From Trueperaceae bacterium (GTDB lineage Bacteria > Deinococcota > Deinococci > Deinococcales > Trueperaceae), in NCBI GenBank assembly GCA_965214405.1, contig OZ243956.1, positions 1,664,001-1,728,000 on the forward strand: 64,000 nucleotides of DNA, written 5' to 3'. The translations under genes and the position numbers were made by a program. Positions 28,864 through 38,818 of this stretch are shown piece after piece. The notes below the pieces were generated by a model, which was not told where the DNA came from, did not search any database, and saw nothing but the letters and a program-made list of their open reading frames with translations. Positions within the stretch are counted from its first letter, which is position 1, and each line of letters begins with the position of its first letter.

Positions 28864-30426
28864 ATGACGGAAACGCGTTCGGCGGCCATACCCGACATGG
28901 CAAGCTCTACTAGAGCAGCCCCTGAAGCGCCGCCGCTCCTCCACATGAAGGGCGTCACCAAACGTTTTCCCGGCGTTCTCGCCAACGACCATGTCGACCT
29001 CGTGGTCCGCGCGGGCGAGGTCCACGCGCTTCTGGGGGAAAACGGGGCGGGCAAAACAACGCTCATCAGCATCCTTTACGGCCTCTACACCCCCGACGAG
29101 GGTGAGATGCGTCTCTCGGGAAAGCCCACACGTTTTCGCTCGCCCAAAGACGCCATGCAGGCGGGTGTCGGGCTGGTGGCGCAGCACTTTACGCTCTCCA
29201 ACCGCCACACCGTCGCCGAAAACATCGCGCTGGGTTTCCCGACGCCTTTCTTTTTTCCGGCTCGAGCGCTTTCTAAAACCGTAGCCGAGCTTAGCAAGCG
29301 CTACGGGCTCGCCGTGGACCCGCAGGCGGAAGTCTGGACGCTCTCGGCAGGCGAGAAGCAGCGCGTGGAGATTCTCAAGGCGCTGGTCCACGGCGCGAAA
29401 ATGCTCATCCTTGACGAGCCGACGAGCGTGCTCACGCCGGGCGAGGCGGAGGGGCTGTTCGGGGTGTTAGAGGGAATGAAGCGTGAGGGCCAGGCGGTCA
29501 TTTTTATCTCGCACAAGCTGGGCGAGGTGATGCGCGTGGCCGACAGGGTGACGGTGCTGCGTAAGGGTGCGGTGGTCGGCAACCTGCGCCGGGAGGAGGC
29601 GAGCGTGGAGGGCCTGGCCGAGCTTATGGTCGGGCGCAACGTCACCCCGGTGCGAAACACGCGCGCGGGCGCTTTCGGGAAGCCGGTGCTGCGCGTCCAA
29701 GATTTGCGGGTTACGGGCGACCGCGGCGGCGAGGCGCTGTCCAGGGTGTCTTTCGACCTTTATAAAGGAGAAATCCTCGGCGTCGCCGGGGTCGCGGGCA
29801 ACGGTCAGCGCGAGCTTGTGGACGCGCTGACGGGGCTGCGGCGTCCGGTGGGCGGGACCGTCACCCTGTCGGGGCGTGACGTGACCCGTCTTTCGGCGGG
29901 AGACCTTTTCGGGGCCGGGGTCGCGCACATCCCCGAGGACCGCAACCGTGCGGGCGTCGTGCCCGCCTTTTCGGTCGTTGAAAACCTGATGCTGCGCGGC
30001 TACCGCGACCCGCCCCTGTCACGGGGGCCGCTGCTCGACTACAGGGTGGCCGAACGCGTCGCGCGTGAGGCCATCACCTCCTACGACGTCGCCACACCCT
30101 CGCCCAACACGCCGACGCGCCTTCTCTCGGGGGGCAACGTGCAAAAGGTTATCTTAGCCCGTGAACTCGCGGGCCAGCCCGTGCTCATCGTCGCCGCGCA
30201 CCCTACCTACGGTCTCGACGTGGGGGCGGCTGAAAGAACGCACAGGGCGCTGCTCGAGAAACGCGCCGAGGGCGCGGGGGTGCTGCTCGTGTCCGAAGAT
30301 TTAGAAGAGCTGCTGCTCTTGGCCGACCGCATCATGGTCCTTTTTGGAGGCCGCGTCATGGGCACCCTACCCGCCGAGGGGGCCGACAGAGAAAAACTCG
30401 GTTTAATGATGGCGGGCGTGACGTGA
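28864..30426 (+). CDS. ABC transporter ATP-binding protein (dual-domain, nucleoside/sugar type)
   Basis: GENGAGKT, LILDEPT, LSGGNVQK; TATAGT 6 nt upstream of the ATG at 28864. Confidence 0.93.
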   Translation: MTETRSAAIPDMASSTRAAPEAPPLLHMKGVTKRFPGVLANDHVDLVVRAGEVHALLGENGAGKTTLISILYGLYTPDEGEMRLSGKPTRFRSPKDAMQAGVGLVAQHFTLSNRHTVAENIALGFPTPFFFPARALSKTVAELSKRYGLAVDPQAEVWTLSAGEKQRVEILKALVHGAKMLILDEPTSVLTPGEAEGLFGVLEGMKREGQAVIFISHKLGEVMRVADRVTVLRKGAVVGNLRREEASVEGLAELMVGRNVTPVRNTRAGAFGKPVLRVQDLRVTGDRGGEALSRVSFDLYKGEILGVAGVAGNGQRELVDALTGLRRPVGGTVTLSGRDVTRLSAGDLFGAGVAHIPEDRNRAGVVPAFSVVENLMLRGYRDPPLSRGPLLDYRVAERVAREAITSYDVATPSPNTPTRLLSGGNVQKVILARELAGQPVLIVAAHPTYGLDVGAAERTHRALLEKRAEGAGVLLVSEDLEELLLLADRIMVLFGGRVMGTLPAEGADREKLGLMMAGVT

Positions 30427-30454
30427 GGTGGGTATAACGTGAGGAAAACGTAAC

Positions 30455-31609
30455 GTGAGACCTTTCCTGCGTTTTGAACCGAGACCCGATCCTTCGTGGC
30501 GGGTGATTCTCACCGTGTCCGTGGGAGCCGTTTTAGCCGCTTTTGTGGTGACGGGCTTTATCTTTTGGGGCTACGGCGTGTCTCCACTGGGCGCTTACGC
30601 AACCATTTTTCAGTTCACGCTGGGTGACTTTCAGGGTGTGGCGAACGTGCTCCTCAAAACCGTTCCCCTGCTTCTTTGCGGCGTCGGCTTGGTGCTGGCT
30701 TTTCGCGCGCAGTTTTACAACATCGGCGCGGAGGGTCAACTGCTGTTGGGCGCGGCGGCCGCCTCGGGCGTGGCGCTCTTCGCGCCGCTACCGGGGTTTC
30801 TGCTCTTGCCCGCCATGTTCGCCGCCGGTTTTTTGGCGGGCGCGCTCTGGGGTCTCTTGCCCGCGCTCCTCAAGGTCAAGTTGGGCGTCAACGAAATCAT
30901 CACCACGCTGATGATGAACTACGTGGCGCTCTACCTCGTGCAGTTTCTTATCCACGGCCCCTGGCGCGGGGAGAGCATGATGGGCTTTGCCTATACCGAC
31001 ATGTTCGCGTCCGCCGCCTGGCTGCCGACTTTACCCGGCACGCGCCTTCACTGGCCCACGCTGCTCATCGGGCTCCTCCTCGCTCTTGTCACCGCCTGGC
31101 TACTCGCGCGCACCAAGCTCGGCTTTGAGATTCGGGTGATGGGCTCGAGTCCCGAAGCCGCGCGCTACGCTGGGATAAGCTTTTTGCGCGTGACGCTCCT
31201 CTTGGTGCTCGTCTCGGCGGGCGCGGCGGGGCTCGCGGGGGTGGGTGAGGTGGCGGGCATCCACCACCGCCTGTTGGACCCCGACCAGATTTCACTCGGC
31301 TACGGCTACACCGCCATTATCGTCGCGCTGCTCGCGCGCGGAAGCGTGCTGGCGACGCTGCCGACGGCCCTGCTCATGGGTTTCGTGTTCGCCGCGGGCG
31401 ACGTCGCCAAGGCCTCGCTGGGACTGCCCGCGCAGATTACGGGCGTCATCAGCGGGCTCGTGCTGCTCTTTCTCATCGGCGCAGAACCGCTTATCCGCTA
31501 CCGTTTACGCCGCGCACCGGCTGGTACGTCGGGCACTTTGTCGAAAACCGGCGTGCTAGCCAGAAACGCCTCACCCAAAAATCCTGAATTGAGCGAAGAG
31601 ACTCCGTAG
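30455..31609 (+). CDS. ABC transporter permease
   Basis: NIGAEGQ, NEIITTLMMNY, GYGYTAIIVALL. Confidence 0.92.
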   Translation: MRPFLRFEPRPDPSWRVILTVSVGAVLAAFVVTGFIFWGYGVSPLGAYATIFQFTLGDFQGVANVLLKTVPLLLCGVGLVLAFRAQFYNIGAEGQLLLGAAAASGVALFAPLPGFLLLPAMFAAGFLAGALWGLLPALLKVKLGVNEIITTLMMNYVALYLVQFLIHGPWRGESMMGFAYTDMFASAAWLPTLPGTRLHWPTLLIGLLLALVTAWLLARTKLGFEIRVMGSSPEAARYAGISFLRVTLLLVLVSAGAAGLAGVGEVAGIHHRLLDPDQISLGYGYTAIIVALLARGSVLATLPTALLMGFVFAAGDVAKASLGLPAQITGVISGLVLLFLIGAEPLIRYRLRRAPAGTSGTLSKTGVLARNASPKNPELSEETP

Positions 31610-31649
31610 AAGAGACCCTGTAGAAGAGACCCTGTAAAAGAAACCTGTG
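31595..31649. repeat. ~14-bp tandem repeat x4 (GAAGAGACCCTGTA)
   Basis: Two exact and two degenerate copies across the permease stop codon. Confidence 0.85.
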
Positions 31650-31667
31650 GGAGTCGGGAGAGGAACT

Positions 31668-32597
31668 GTGGATATCGAGAGCTGGGTTGTTAGCACCGTC
31701 GGGCGGGCGCTCGCCTTTTCTACCCCTTTACTTTGGGCCGCGCTGGGCGAAATCTACGCCGAACGCGCGGGCGTGGTCAATCTGGGCGTCGAGGGGATGA
31801 TGATTTTGGGGGCGCTCTCGAGCTTCGCCGCCGCCCAAACCACGGGTGACCCCTGGCTGGGCCTCCTCGTCGGCGCGTTGGTCGGAGGGCTGGCGGCCCT
31901 GCTGCACGCGTTTATGTCGATCACCCTCAAGGCCAACCAGTACATTTCAGGTCTGGCGCTGACTATCTTTGGTTTAGGCTTGGCCGGACTTTTCGGACGC
32001 GCCTGGGAGGGTCTGCCGCTGGCTAACGCGATGAAAGTCGTGAAACTTCCCCTCTTAGAGTCCATCCCGGTGCTCGGCCCGGCGCTCTTTTTGAGGCAGC
32101 ACGCGCTCACCTATATGGGCTTGCTGGTGGCGCTCCTCTTGTGGTTCATTCTTTACTACACCCGCTTAGGCGTCACGCTGCGCTCGGTCGGCGAGTCTCC
32201 GGCGGCAGCCGACGCGGTGGGCGTCAACGTCTTTTTGGTGCGCTACTTGGCCGTCATATTCGGCGGCGTGATGGCCGGTATCGCGGGCGCATTCCTCTCG
32301 CTCGCCTACCGCCCCTCGTGGAACGACGGGATGACCGCGGGCATGGGCTGGATTGCGCTGGCGATTGCCATCTTTGCCGCCTGGAATCCCTTACGCGCGA
32401 TTTTTGCCGCCTTTATTTTTGGCGCTTTTTTCCACCTCTCGCTGCGCTTGCAGGGCAGCCTGCCGCCCGAACTCCTGCTCTTGACACCCTACGCGGTGAC
32501 TATTTTGGTTCTGACCTTGGCCGGGATGCGGCGTTCAGGTCGCGCGGGCGGGGCACCGGAGGCGCTGGGTTTGCCTTACGTACGTGGAGAACGGTAA
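31668..32597 (+). CDS. ABC transporter permease
   Basis: ERAGVVNLGVEGMM, GESPAAAD..G.NV, G.GWIALA, PEALGLPY. Confidence 0.92.
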   Translation: MDIESWVVSTVGRALAFSTPLLWAALGEIYAERAGVVNLGVEGMMILGALSSFAAAQTTGDPWLGLLVGALVGGLAALLHAFMSITLKANQYISGLALTIFGLGLAGLFGRAWEGLPLANAMKVVKLPLLESIPVLGPALFLRQHALTYMGLLVALLLWFILYYTRLGVTLRSVGESPAAADAVGVNVFLVRYLAVIFGGVMAGIAGAFLSLAYRPSWNDGMTAGMGWIALAIAIFAAWNPLRAIFAAFIFGAFFHLSLRLQGSLPPELLLLTPYAVTILVLTLAGMRRSGRAGGAPEALGLPYVRGER

Positions 32598-32876
32598 CTG
32601 GGCGCGTTGGCGGGTGACAGTTGGGTGGATTTGAGACGTAGGAGGGGGCTCGAGCCTCCACACCACGCCCCGCGAGATGGTATTTTGCGACAGGCAGCCG
32701 TGAAGGAGGAAGCTTTAGTTGGGCTCGGCAAAGGATACATCGTTAAGGCGAACCCCTATCAAGCCGTCTGGTCAGAACGTTGAGTCAAGGCATTTGGTGA
32801 AGCTGTGCAGGTACTGTGCAAATCAAGTAACGTCACAGGTAAAAACAAGGAATGACAAATTTTAAGGAGGCAAAGG

Positions 32877-34025
32877 ATGCGGTTTTGGAAATTCGCAACA
32901 CTGACACTTGGGTTGCTTTTGGGCTTGGCATTTGCCCAGGAAGACACGCTCAAAGCAGGCTTCATCTACGTCGGCCCCGTCGGCGACTACGGCTGGTCGC
33001 ACGCGCACGACGAGGCGCGTCTGGCCGCCGAGGCGGCGCTCCCCTGGCTCGAAACGACCTTTGTCGAGTCGGTACCCGAGGGTCAAGAAGCAACCTTTAT
33101 CGACCAGATGGTGCGCGGCGGCGCGGACGTGATTTTTACGACCTCGTTCGGCTTTATGGACGGCACGCTCGCAGCGGCGCAGCGGTACCCGGACGTGATT
33201 TTCGCGCACGCGAGCGGCTTTAAGCGCGCGCCCAACATGGCGACCTACATGGCCGACTTTTACCAGGTCTACTACCTCAACGGCCTCCTGGCGGGCGCGC
33301 TGACGAGCGCGAACAAAGCGGGTTACGTGGGCGCGTATCCCGTGCCCGAGGTGAAGCGGCACCTGAGCGCTTTTGCGCTGGGGATGCGCGAAGTCAACCC
33401 CGAGGCGACGGTTCAGCCGGTGTGGATCAACGCCTGGTTCGACCCCGCGAGAGCCGCCGAGGCGACGCAGGCGCTTATCGCGGAGGGCGCGGACATCTTC
33501 GCCTTTACCGAAGACACGCCGACGGTGATTCAGGTGGCGGCGCAGCAGGGCTTGCCCTCTTTCGCGCACTACTCGCCGATGCTCGAGTACGCCCCCGACG
33601 AGGTCGTCTCAGGCCAGCTCGTCGACTGGAGCAAAATCTACATCGACTTTTTGCAAAAAGTTCACGACGGCACCTATACGAATGAGAATCTAGAGAACGT
33701 CGACTACTGGTGGCTTTTGCCCGAAAACGCGGTCTCGGTGGGCGCGGCACCCGACGTGACCATCAACCCGGTTTTCGAAAGCGCGCTCAAAGAGAAGACC
33801 GTCAATCACCCCGAATTCGGCGAGATTTCGGTGTACGACCTTTTTTATGAGCGGCTCGAGCAGATGTCCGCCTCGCCCGTGGCCTTTGACCCCTTTACCG
33901 GCCCCCTGGAGGACCGCAACGGTAACGTCGTCGTGCCCGAGGGCCAAACGATGACCCAGGCTGAACTGACCACAATGGAGTGGGCGGCCCCCGGCGTGGA
34001 AGGGTCCTGGCCGAACGAGCCGTAA
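32877..34025 (+). CDS. BMP family ABC substrate-binding protein (nucleoside/purine type)
   Basis: Signal peptide; GFIYVGPVGDYGWSHAH, IFTTSFGFMD, WFDP. Confidence 0.92.
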   Translation: MRFWKFATLTLGLLLGLAFAQEDTLKAGFIYVGPVGDYGWSHAHDEARLAAEAALPWLETTFVESVPEGQEATFIDQMVRGGADVIFTTSFGFMDGTLAAAQRYPDVIFAHASGFKRAPNMATYMADFYQVYYLNGLLAGALTSANKAGYVGAYPVPEVKRHLSAFALGMREVNPEATVQPVWINAWFDPARAAEATQALIAEGADIFAFTEDTPTVIQVAAQQGLPSFAHYSPMLEYAPDEVVSGQLVDWSKIYIDFLQKVHDGTYTNENLENVDYWWLLPENAVSVGAAPDVTINPVFESALKEKTVNHPEFGEISVYDLFYERLEQMSASPVAFDPFTGPLEDRNGNVVVPEGQTMTQAELTTMEWAAPGVEGSWPNEP

Positions 34026-34046
34026 GCGCGGTTTTCGTACGTCTGC

Positions 34047-34083
34047 AAAGGAGAGAGGCGCGAATTCCGCGCCTCTCTCCTTT
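34047..34083. terminator. bidirectional terminator
   Basis: AAAGGAGAGAGGCGCG-aattc-CGCGCCTCTCTCCTTT, a perfect 16-bp stem between convergent genes. Confidence 0.85.
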
Positions 34084-34136
34084 GGCTCCGCACACCTCTA
34101 TGCGTCAAAAACTGAATTTACACAAGCAGCCTCGGC

Positions 34137-34412
34137 CTAACCTCGAGACCCCTCTTGCACCTCGGTGTCATAAAGGTCTTCGACCTCCTCGAGCAGCGCC
34201 TCGGTGCGCTCGAGGAGCCCTTCCACTTTCGCGCCTATACTGTCCGGATGCTCGGCCTTGGCCGCCTTTTTAATGTGTTTCGTTTGCGTCTGGATGTGCG
34301 CGAGAAGCGCGCGGATACGCTCGACCTCCTGTTCGTGCTCCTCGCGGGAGGCTCTTTCGGAGATGGACACGTGCATATCGTCTTCGGGGGGTCCGTCTAC
34401 TTTGCGGTTCAT
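34137..34412 (-). CDS. small acidic coiled-coil hypothetical protein
   Basis: 91-aa ORF with host-like codon usage; converges on the terminator. Confidence 0.6.
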   Translation of the reverse strand: MNRKVDGPPEDDMHVSISERASREEHEQEVERIRALLAHIQTQTKHIKKAAKAEHPDSIGAKVEGLLERTEALLEEVEDLYDTEVQEGSRG

Positions 34413-34608
34413 AGCTCAAGTGTGGCGCAAGACGGAGGGGCTGACTCAGGCGTACCTCACGTTTAGGACATTTTTACCCGTGACCCTTAGCCTCTCGCGG
34501 CTAAGGGTTCACAGCTCGGCTGGGGCGGTTTAAGCCTGAGCCCTCCGGCCCCAAAAAAGGTGTGGTAAATTACTTGTGAGCGCGAAACCGCGTTGAACGG
34601 GGGGAAAC

Positions 34609-35391
34609 GTGGCTGACGGTACATCAAAGATGCAAGAGGCGGTCGCGCGGCTTGCGCCCTGGTTTCACAACCTGCACCTGCCCGACGGCACCCAGACCGC
34701 GCCCGAGCACTTTCTGGGCGACTTTCCCGCGTTCAAGTGGCGCGCTCTCCATACTCATCTGCCCGAGGATTTGAGCGGCTGGACGGCGCTCGACATCGGC
34801 TGCAACGCGGGCTTCTATTCGTTCGAACTCGCGCGGCGGGGCGCGGCGGTGACAGGTATCGACGTGGACGCGCGTTATCTTGAACAGGCGCGCTGGGCCG
34901 CCTCTCAGTTCGGCTTAGCGGAGCGGATCACGTTCGAACAGATGCAAGTCTACGACCTCGCGCGCATGGACGCGCGCTTTGACCTCGTACTCTTTATGGG
35001 CGTGTTTTACCACCTGCGCTATCCCCTCCTTGGGCTCGACATCGTGGCGCAGAAGGTGGGGCGGCTGATGGTGTTTCAGTCTCTCACCGCGCCCGGTGAC
35101 GAGGTGGTGGATAAACAAATTGACGACCTCCACCACCGCGCCCCCCTAAACGAACCCGGCTGGCCCAAGCTGACTTTTTTGGAGCACCCCTTCGCGGGCG
35201 ACCCGACGAATTGGTGGGCACCCAACCACGCAGGCGTTGAGGCGTTGCTACGCTCGAGCGGCCTCAAAGTAACAGGTCGACCCGATCACGAGATGTACCT
35301 CTGCGAACCCGACCCGGCCAACCCCTCTGCCGTGAATACCTGGAACAAAGCCGAGCTGCTTTCAGCGACCGGCAGACCCTGGAAAGAGTAG
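34609..35391 (+). CDS. SAM-dependent methyltransferase, TIGR04290-like
   Basis: PWFHNLHLP.G..TAP.HFLGDFP.FKW, LDIGCNAGFYS, FMGVFYHLRYPLL, DPTNWWAPN. Confidence 0.85.
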   Translation: MADGTSKMQEAVARLAPWFHNLHLPDGTQTAPEHFLGDFPAFKWRALHTHLPEDLSGWTALDIGCNAGFYSFELARRGAAVTGIDVDARYLEQARWAASQFGLAERITFEQMQVYDLARMDARFDLVLFMGVFYHLRYPLLGLDIVAQKVGRLMVFQSLTAPGDEVVDKQIDDLHHRAPLNEPGWPKLTFLEHPFAGDPTNWWAPNHAGVEALLRSSGLKVTGRPDHEMYLCEPDPANPSAVNTWNKAELLSATGRPWKE

Positions 35392-35530
35392 CCGCACGGC
35401 TCCGATAAAGCTTCTCGGCGGGGCCACGTTACTCAGGCAGCTTCTTCTACTCTGTGGGGTGGTGCGAATTGTGACCTTCCACATTATTGTTAAGCTTTGG
35501 GCGTAGAGGCTCGAGAAACCACGGTTACGG

Positions 35531-35569
35531 CCTTGTAGGTACGCCTTGTAGGTACGCCTTGCAGGTACG
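35531..35569. repeat. 13-bp tandem repeat x3 (CCTTGTAGGTACG)
   Basis: Read directly; third copy has one mismatch. Confidence 0.9.
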
Positions 35570-35602
35570 ACGTGTCCATACGACTTTCTGACGGGAGGGG
35601 TC

Positions 35603-36733
35603 ATGAATAAGCAGGTCCTGATAACGGGCGGCGCGGGGTTTGTCGGCGCGCACGTGGCGGCGGAACTGTTGGGGGAAGGTTACCGCGTCCGCGTGCTCGA
35701 CAGCCTTATCCCCCAGGTCCACAACACCGGGTCTCATCACACAGGCGAGCGGCCCGACTATTTAGACCCGGAGGTCGAACTCGTCCGGGGCGAGGTGCAA
35801 GACCCGGTGGCGGTGCGGCGGGCGCTCGCAGGCGTTGACGCGGTTTATCATTTTGCTTCGCTGGTGGGCGTCGGGCAGAGCATGTATAAGCTTGTTGAAT
35901 ATACAACGGTCAATAATGTGGGCACTGCGACCCTGCTCGAGGCCCTCATTGAAACCCCGGTCGAGCGGCTGGTGGTGGCCTCGAGCATGAGCATCTACGG
36001 CGAGGGTCTCTACCGCGACCCTGGAGGCGCGCTCCACAGTCATGTGTCTCGGACGCCCGCGCAGCTCAGGGCGGGCGACTGGGAACTGCGCAACGAAGCG
36101 GGCGAGGTTCTTACGCCTGTGCCCACCCCCGAAACAAAGCCGCCTACGCTCGCATCTGTCTACGCGCTCTCTAAATACGACCAAGAGCGCATGTGCTTGC
36201 TGGTCGCCCAAGCGTACGGGATTGAGGCGGTAGCGCTGCGCTTTTTTAACATCTACGGCCCCTACCAGGCGCTCTCGAACCCCTACACGGGCGTGCTCGC
36301 CATTTTTGCCGCGCGTTACCTCAACAACAAGCCGCCGCTCGTGTTCGAAGACGGCCTCCAGCGGCGCGACTTCGTCAACGTGCGCGACGTGGCGCGGGCG
36401 TGCCGTCTGGCCTTGGAAACACCGGATATTGCAGGCAAAAGCTTTAACATCGGCAGCGGTCACCCGCTCACCGTCTGCGAGGTGGCCGAGCGGATGGCCG
36501 CGACGCTGGGCAAAGAACACCTTCAACCCGAGGTGACGGGCGACTACCGCGTGGGCGACATCCGTCACTGTTTTGCCGACATCAGTAAGGCGCGCGCGCG
36601 GCTTGGCTACGCGCCGCAGATTTCTTTTGAGGAGGGGCTACGGGAGCTTGCGGGTTGGCTCGAGGGTCAAGTCGCCGTCGACAGCGTACCGCAGGCGCGC
36701 GCCGAACTCCTGTCGCGGGGCTTGGCGGTATGA
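35603..36733 (+). CDS. NAD-dependent epimerase/dehydratase
   Basis: TGGAGFVG, VGVGQSMY, ASSMSIYGEG, YALSK, NPYTGV.AIF. Confidence 0.92.
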   Translation: MNKQVLITGGAGFVGAHVAAELLGEGYRVRVLDSLIPQVHNTGSHHTGERPDYLDPEVELVRGEVQDPVAVRRALAGVDAVYHFASLVGVGQSMYKLVEYTTVNNVGTATLLEALIETPVERLVVASSMSIYGEGLYRDPGGALHSHVSRTPAQLRAGDWELRNEAGEVLTPVPTPETKPPTLASVYALSKYDQERMCLLVAQAYGIEAVALRFFNIYGPYQALSNPYTGVLAIFAARYLNNKPPLVFEDGLQRRDFVNVRDVARACRLALETPDIAGKSFNIGSGHPLTVCEVAERMAATLGKEHLQPEVTGDYRVGDIRHCFADISKARARLGYAPQISFEEGLRELAGWLEGQVAVDSVPQARAELLSRGLAV

Positions 36734-37797
36734 GCGGGCGTGACGGACCCGTACTCATCACGGGCGGCGCGGGGTTTGTGGGAACGAATTTGGCGCACCG
36801 GCTGCTCGCGGCGGGTCGCCCGGTGCGGCTTCTCGACACGCTCGCGCGTGCGGGCGTGGAGAAGAACTTAGCGTGGCTCCGAAAAATGCACGGCGCGGGC
36901 GTCGAGCACGTCCACGCCGACGTCCGCGACGCAGACGCGTTATGTGAGGCTGTGAGGGGCGCGAGCGCGGTGTTTCACCTCGCCGCGCAGGTGGCGGTAA
37001 CAAACTCGCTTGACCTTCCCCGTCACGATTTTGAGGTGAACGTAGGGGGGACCTTGAACGTGCTCGAGGCGCTGCGAGCCCTCCCCACGCCCGTCCCCCT
37101 CGTCTTCACCTCGACCAACAAGGTGTACGGAGACCTAAACGGCCTCGCCCTACGCGAAGAAGCGACGCGCTACCTCCCCGAAAACCCTACGGTCGCGGCG
37201 CGCGGCGTGAGTGAAGCCTGCCCGCTCGATTTTCATTCGCCCTACGGCTGCTCGAAGGGGGCCGCCGACCAGTACGTCCTCGACTACGCGCGCTCCTTTG
37301 GGCTGCCCACCGTCGTGTTTCGGATGAGCTGCGTGTACGGCCCGCACCAGTTCGGCACCGAGGACCAGGGCTGGGTCGCGCATTTTCTGCTGCGCGCGCT
37401 CTCAAACGAACCCATCACCCTTTTTGGCGACGGCAAACAGGTGCGCGATATTTTGTTCGTCGAAGACCTCGTTAGCGCCTTTGAAATCGCCGAACGCCAC
37501 GCAAAAAGTTTAGCGGGACGCGCCTTTAACATCGGCGGAGGCCCGAAGAACACGGTGAGTCTGCTCGAGCTTCTCCGCTGCATCGGCGACCTCGAGGGCA
37601 AAACGCCCGCGGTGAGGTTTGGCGACGAACGCCCCGGCGACCAGCGCTACTACGTGTCGGACGTAAGCAAGTTTAGCGAGGCGACGGGCTGGACGCCGCG
37701 CGTAGGCGTGCGGGAAGGGTTGACAAAACTTCACGCGTGGCTGCTCGAGACGCGGGGCGAATCCGAAGTTAAATCTCAACTGGTGGCACGCGTATGA
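36730..37797 (+). CDS. NAD-dependent epimerase (CDP-paratose 2-epimerase-like)
   Basis: TGGAGFVG, AAQVAVT.S, STNKVYG, SPYGCSKG, EDQGWVAHF; ATGA overlap with the upstream gene. Confidence 0.9.
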   Translation: MSGRDGPVLITGGAGFVGTNLAHRLLAAGRPVRLLDTLARAGVEKNLAWLRKMHGAGVEHVHADVRDADALCEAVRGASAVFHLAAQVAVTNSLDLPRHDFEVNVGGTLNVLEALRALPTPVPLVFTSTNKVYGDLNGLALREEATRYLPENPTVAARGVSEACPLDFHSPYGCSKGAADQYVLDYARSFGLPTVVFRMSCVYGPHQFGTEDQGWVAHFLLRALSNEPITLFGDGKQVRDILFVEDLVSAFEIAERHAKSLAGRAFNIGGGPKNTVSLLELLRCIGDLEGKTPAVRFGDERPGDQRYYVSDVSKFSEATGWTPRVGVREGLTKLHAWLLETRGESEVKSQLVARV

Positions 37798-38774
37798 CGG
37801 CCACGCCTGCCACTCGGACGATGCAAGCCGCTGTCATCGCGGGACCGCAGACGCTGACCGTCGAGCGCGTCGCCCTGCCCGAACCCGGTCCGGGAGAGGT
37901 GCGGCTTAAGCTCGAGGGCTGCGGCGTCTGCGGCTCGAATCTGCCGCCCTGGGAGGGCCGCCCCTGGTTTGAATATCCCTTCGAGCCCGGCGCGCCCGGT
38001 CACGAGGGCTGGGGACATGTTGACGCGTTGGGTGAGGGCGTCACAGGGTTGAAAGTGGGCGACCGCGTCACCGCCATCTCCTACCACGCCTACGCGACGC
38101 ACGACCTCGTCGCGGCGGACGCGGTTGTGAAGCTACCCGAGGCTCTGGACAACACACCCTTTCCTGGCGAGCCGCTGGGCTGCGCGATGAACGTTTTTGA
38201 ACGCAGCGATATTCAAGCGGGTCAGACGGTGGCGGTCGTCGGCGTCGGCTTCCTCGGCGGGCTGCTTGTGCAGCTCGCGGCGGGGGCGGGCGCTCGAGTC
38301 ATTGCAGTGTCGCGGCGACCCTTTTCATTAGACCTCGCCAAAAGCGTGGGTGCTGCGGAGACCGTGCCGCTCACCGACCGCTACGAGGCGCTCCAGCGGG
38401 TGATGGACCTCACCGACGGCGAGGGCTGCGACCGCGTCATCGAGGCGGTGGGCACGCAGGAACCTCTAACGCTGGCGGGCGAACTCACCCGTGTGCGGGG
38501 CCGCCTCATCATCGCGGGCTATCACCAGGACGGCCCTCGAGAGGTCAACATGCAGCTCTGGAACTGGCGCGGCCTAGACGTTATCAACGCGCACGAGCGC
38601 GACCCCGCGCGTTACACCTCGGGGATGCGGCGCGCGGTAGAGGCAGTGGTGGCGGGCACGCTCGACCCGACGCCTTTGCTCACCCACACGTTCACGCTTG
38701 ACGATTTGGGGAGCGCCTTTAAGGCGATGCAGACGCGGCCAGACGGGTTTCTCAAGGCGCTCGTGACGTTTTGA
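37794..38774 (+). CDS. zinc-binding (MDR) dehydrogenase
   Basis: CGVCGSN, GHEGWG, EPLGCA, GVGFLG. Confidence 0.9.
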   Translation: MTATPATRTMQAAVIAGPQTLTVERVALPEPGPGEVRLKLEGCGVCGSNLPPWEGRPWFEYPFEPGAPGHEGWGHVDALGEGVTGLKVGDRVTAISYHAYATHDLVAADAVVKLPEALDNTPFPGEPLGCAMNVFERSDIQAGQTVAVVGVGFLGGLLVQLAAGAGARVIAVSRRPFSLDLAKSVGAAETVPLTDRYEALQRVMDLTDGEGCDRVIEAVGTQEPLTLAGELTRVRGRLIIAGYHQDGPREVNMQLWNWRGLDVINAHERDPARYTSGMRRAVEAVVAGTLDPTPLLTHTFTLDDLGSAFKAMQTRPDGFLKALVTF

Positions 38775-38818
38775 TACGTTAATGTGAATCCTTCTCTGCA
38801 AGCTCGAGCCCACCCCCC

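Noticed and set aside
32600..32876. Possible purine riboswitch upstream of the BMP substrate-binding gene
   Set aside because: Conserved purine-riboswitch core sequences are not recognisable; a covariance-model (Rfam) search would be needed
35531..35569. Tandem repeats here and at 31595, 48084 and 63901 as CRISPR arrays
   Set aside because: Directly adjacent copies with no spacers, and no cas genes in the window
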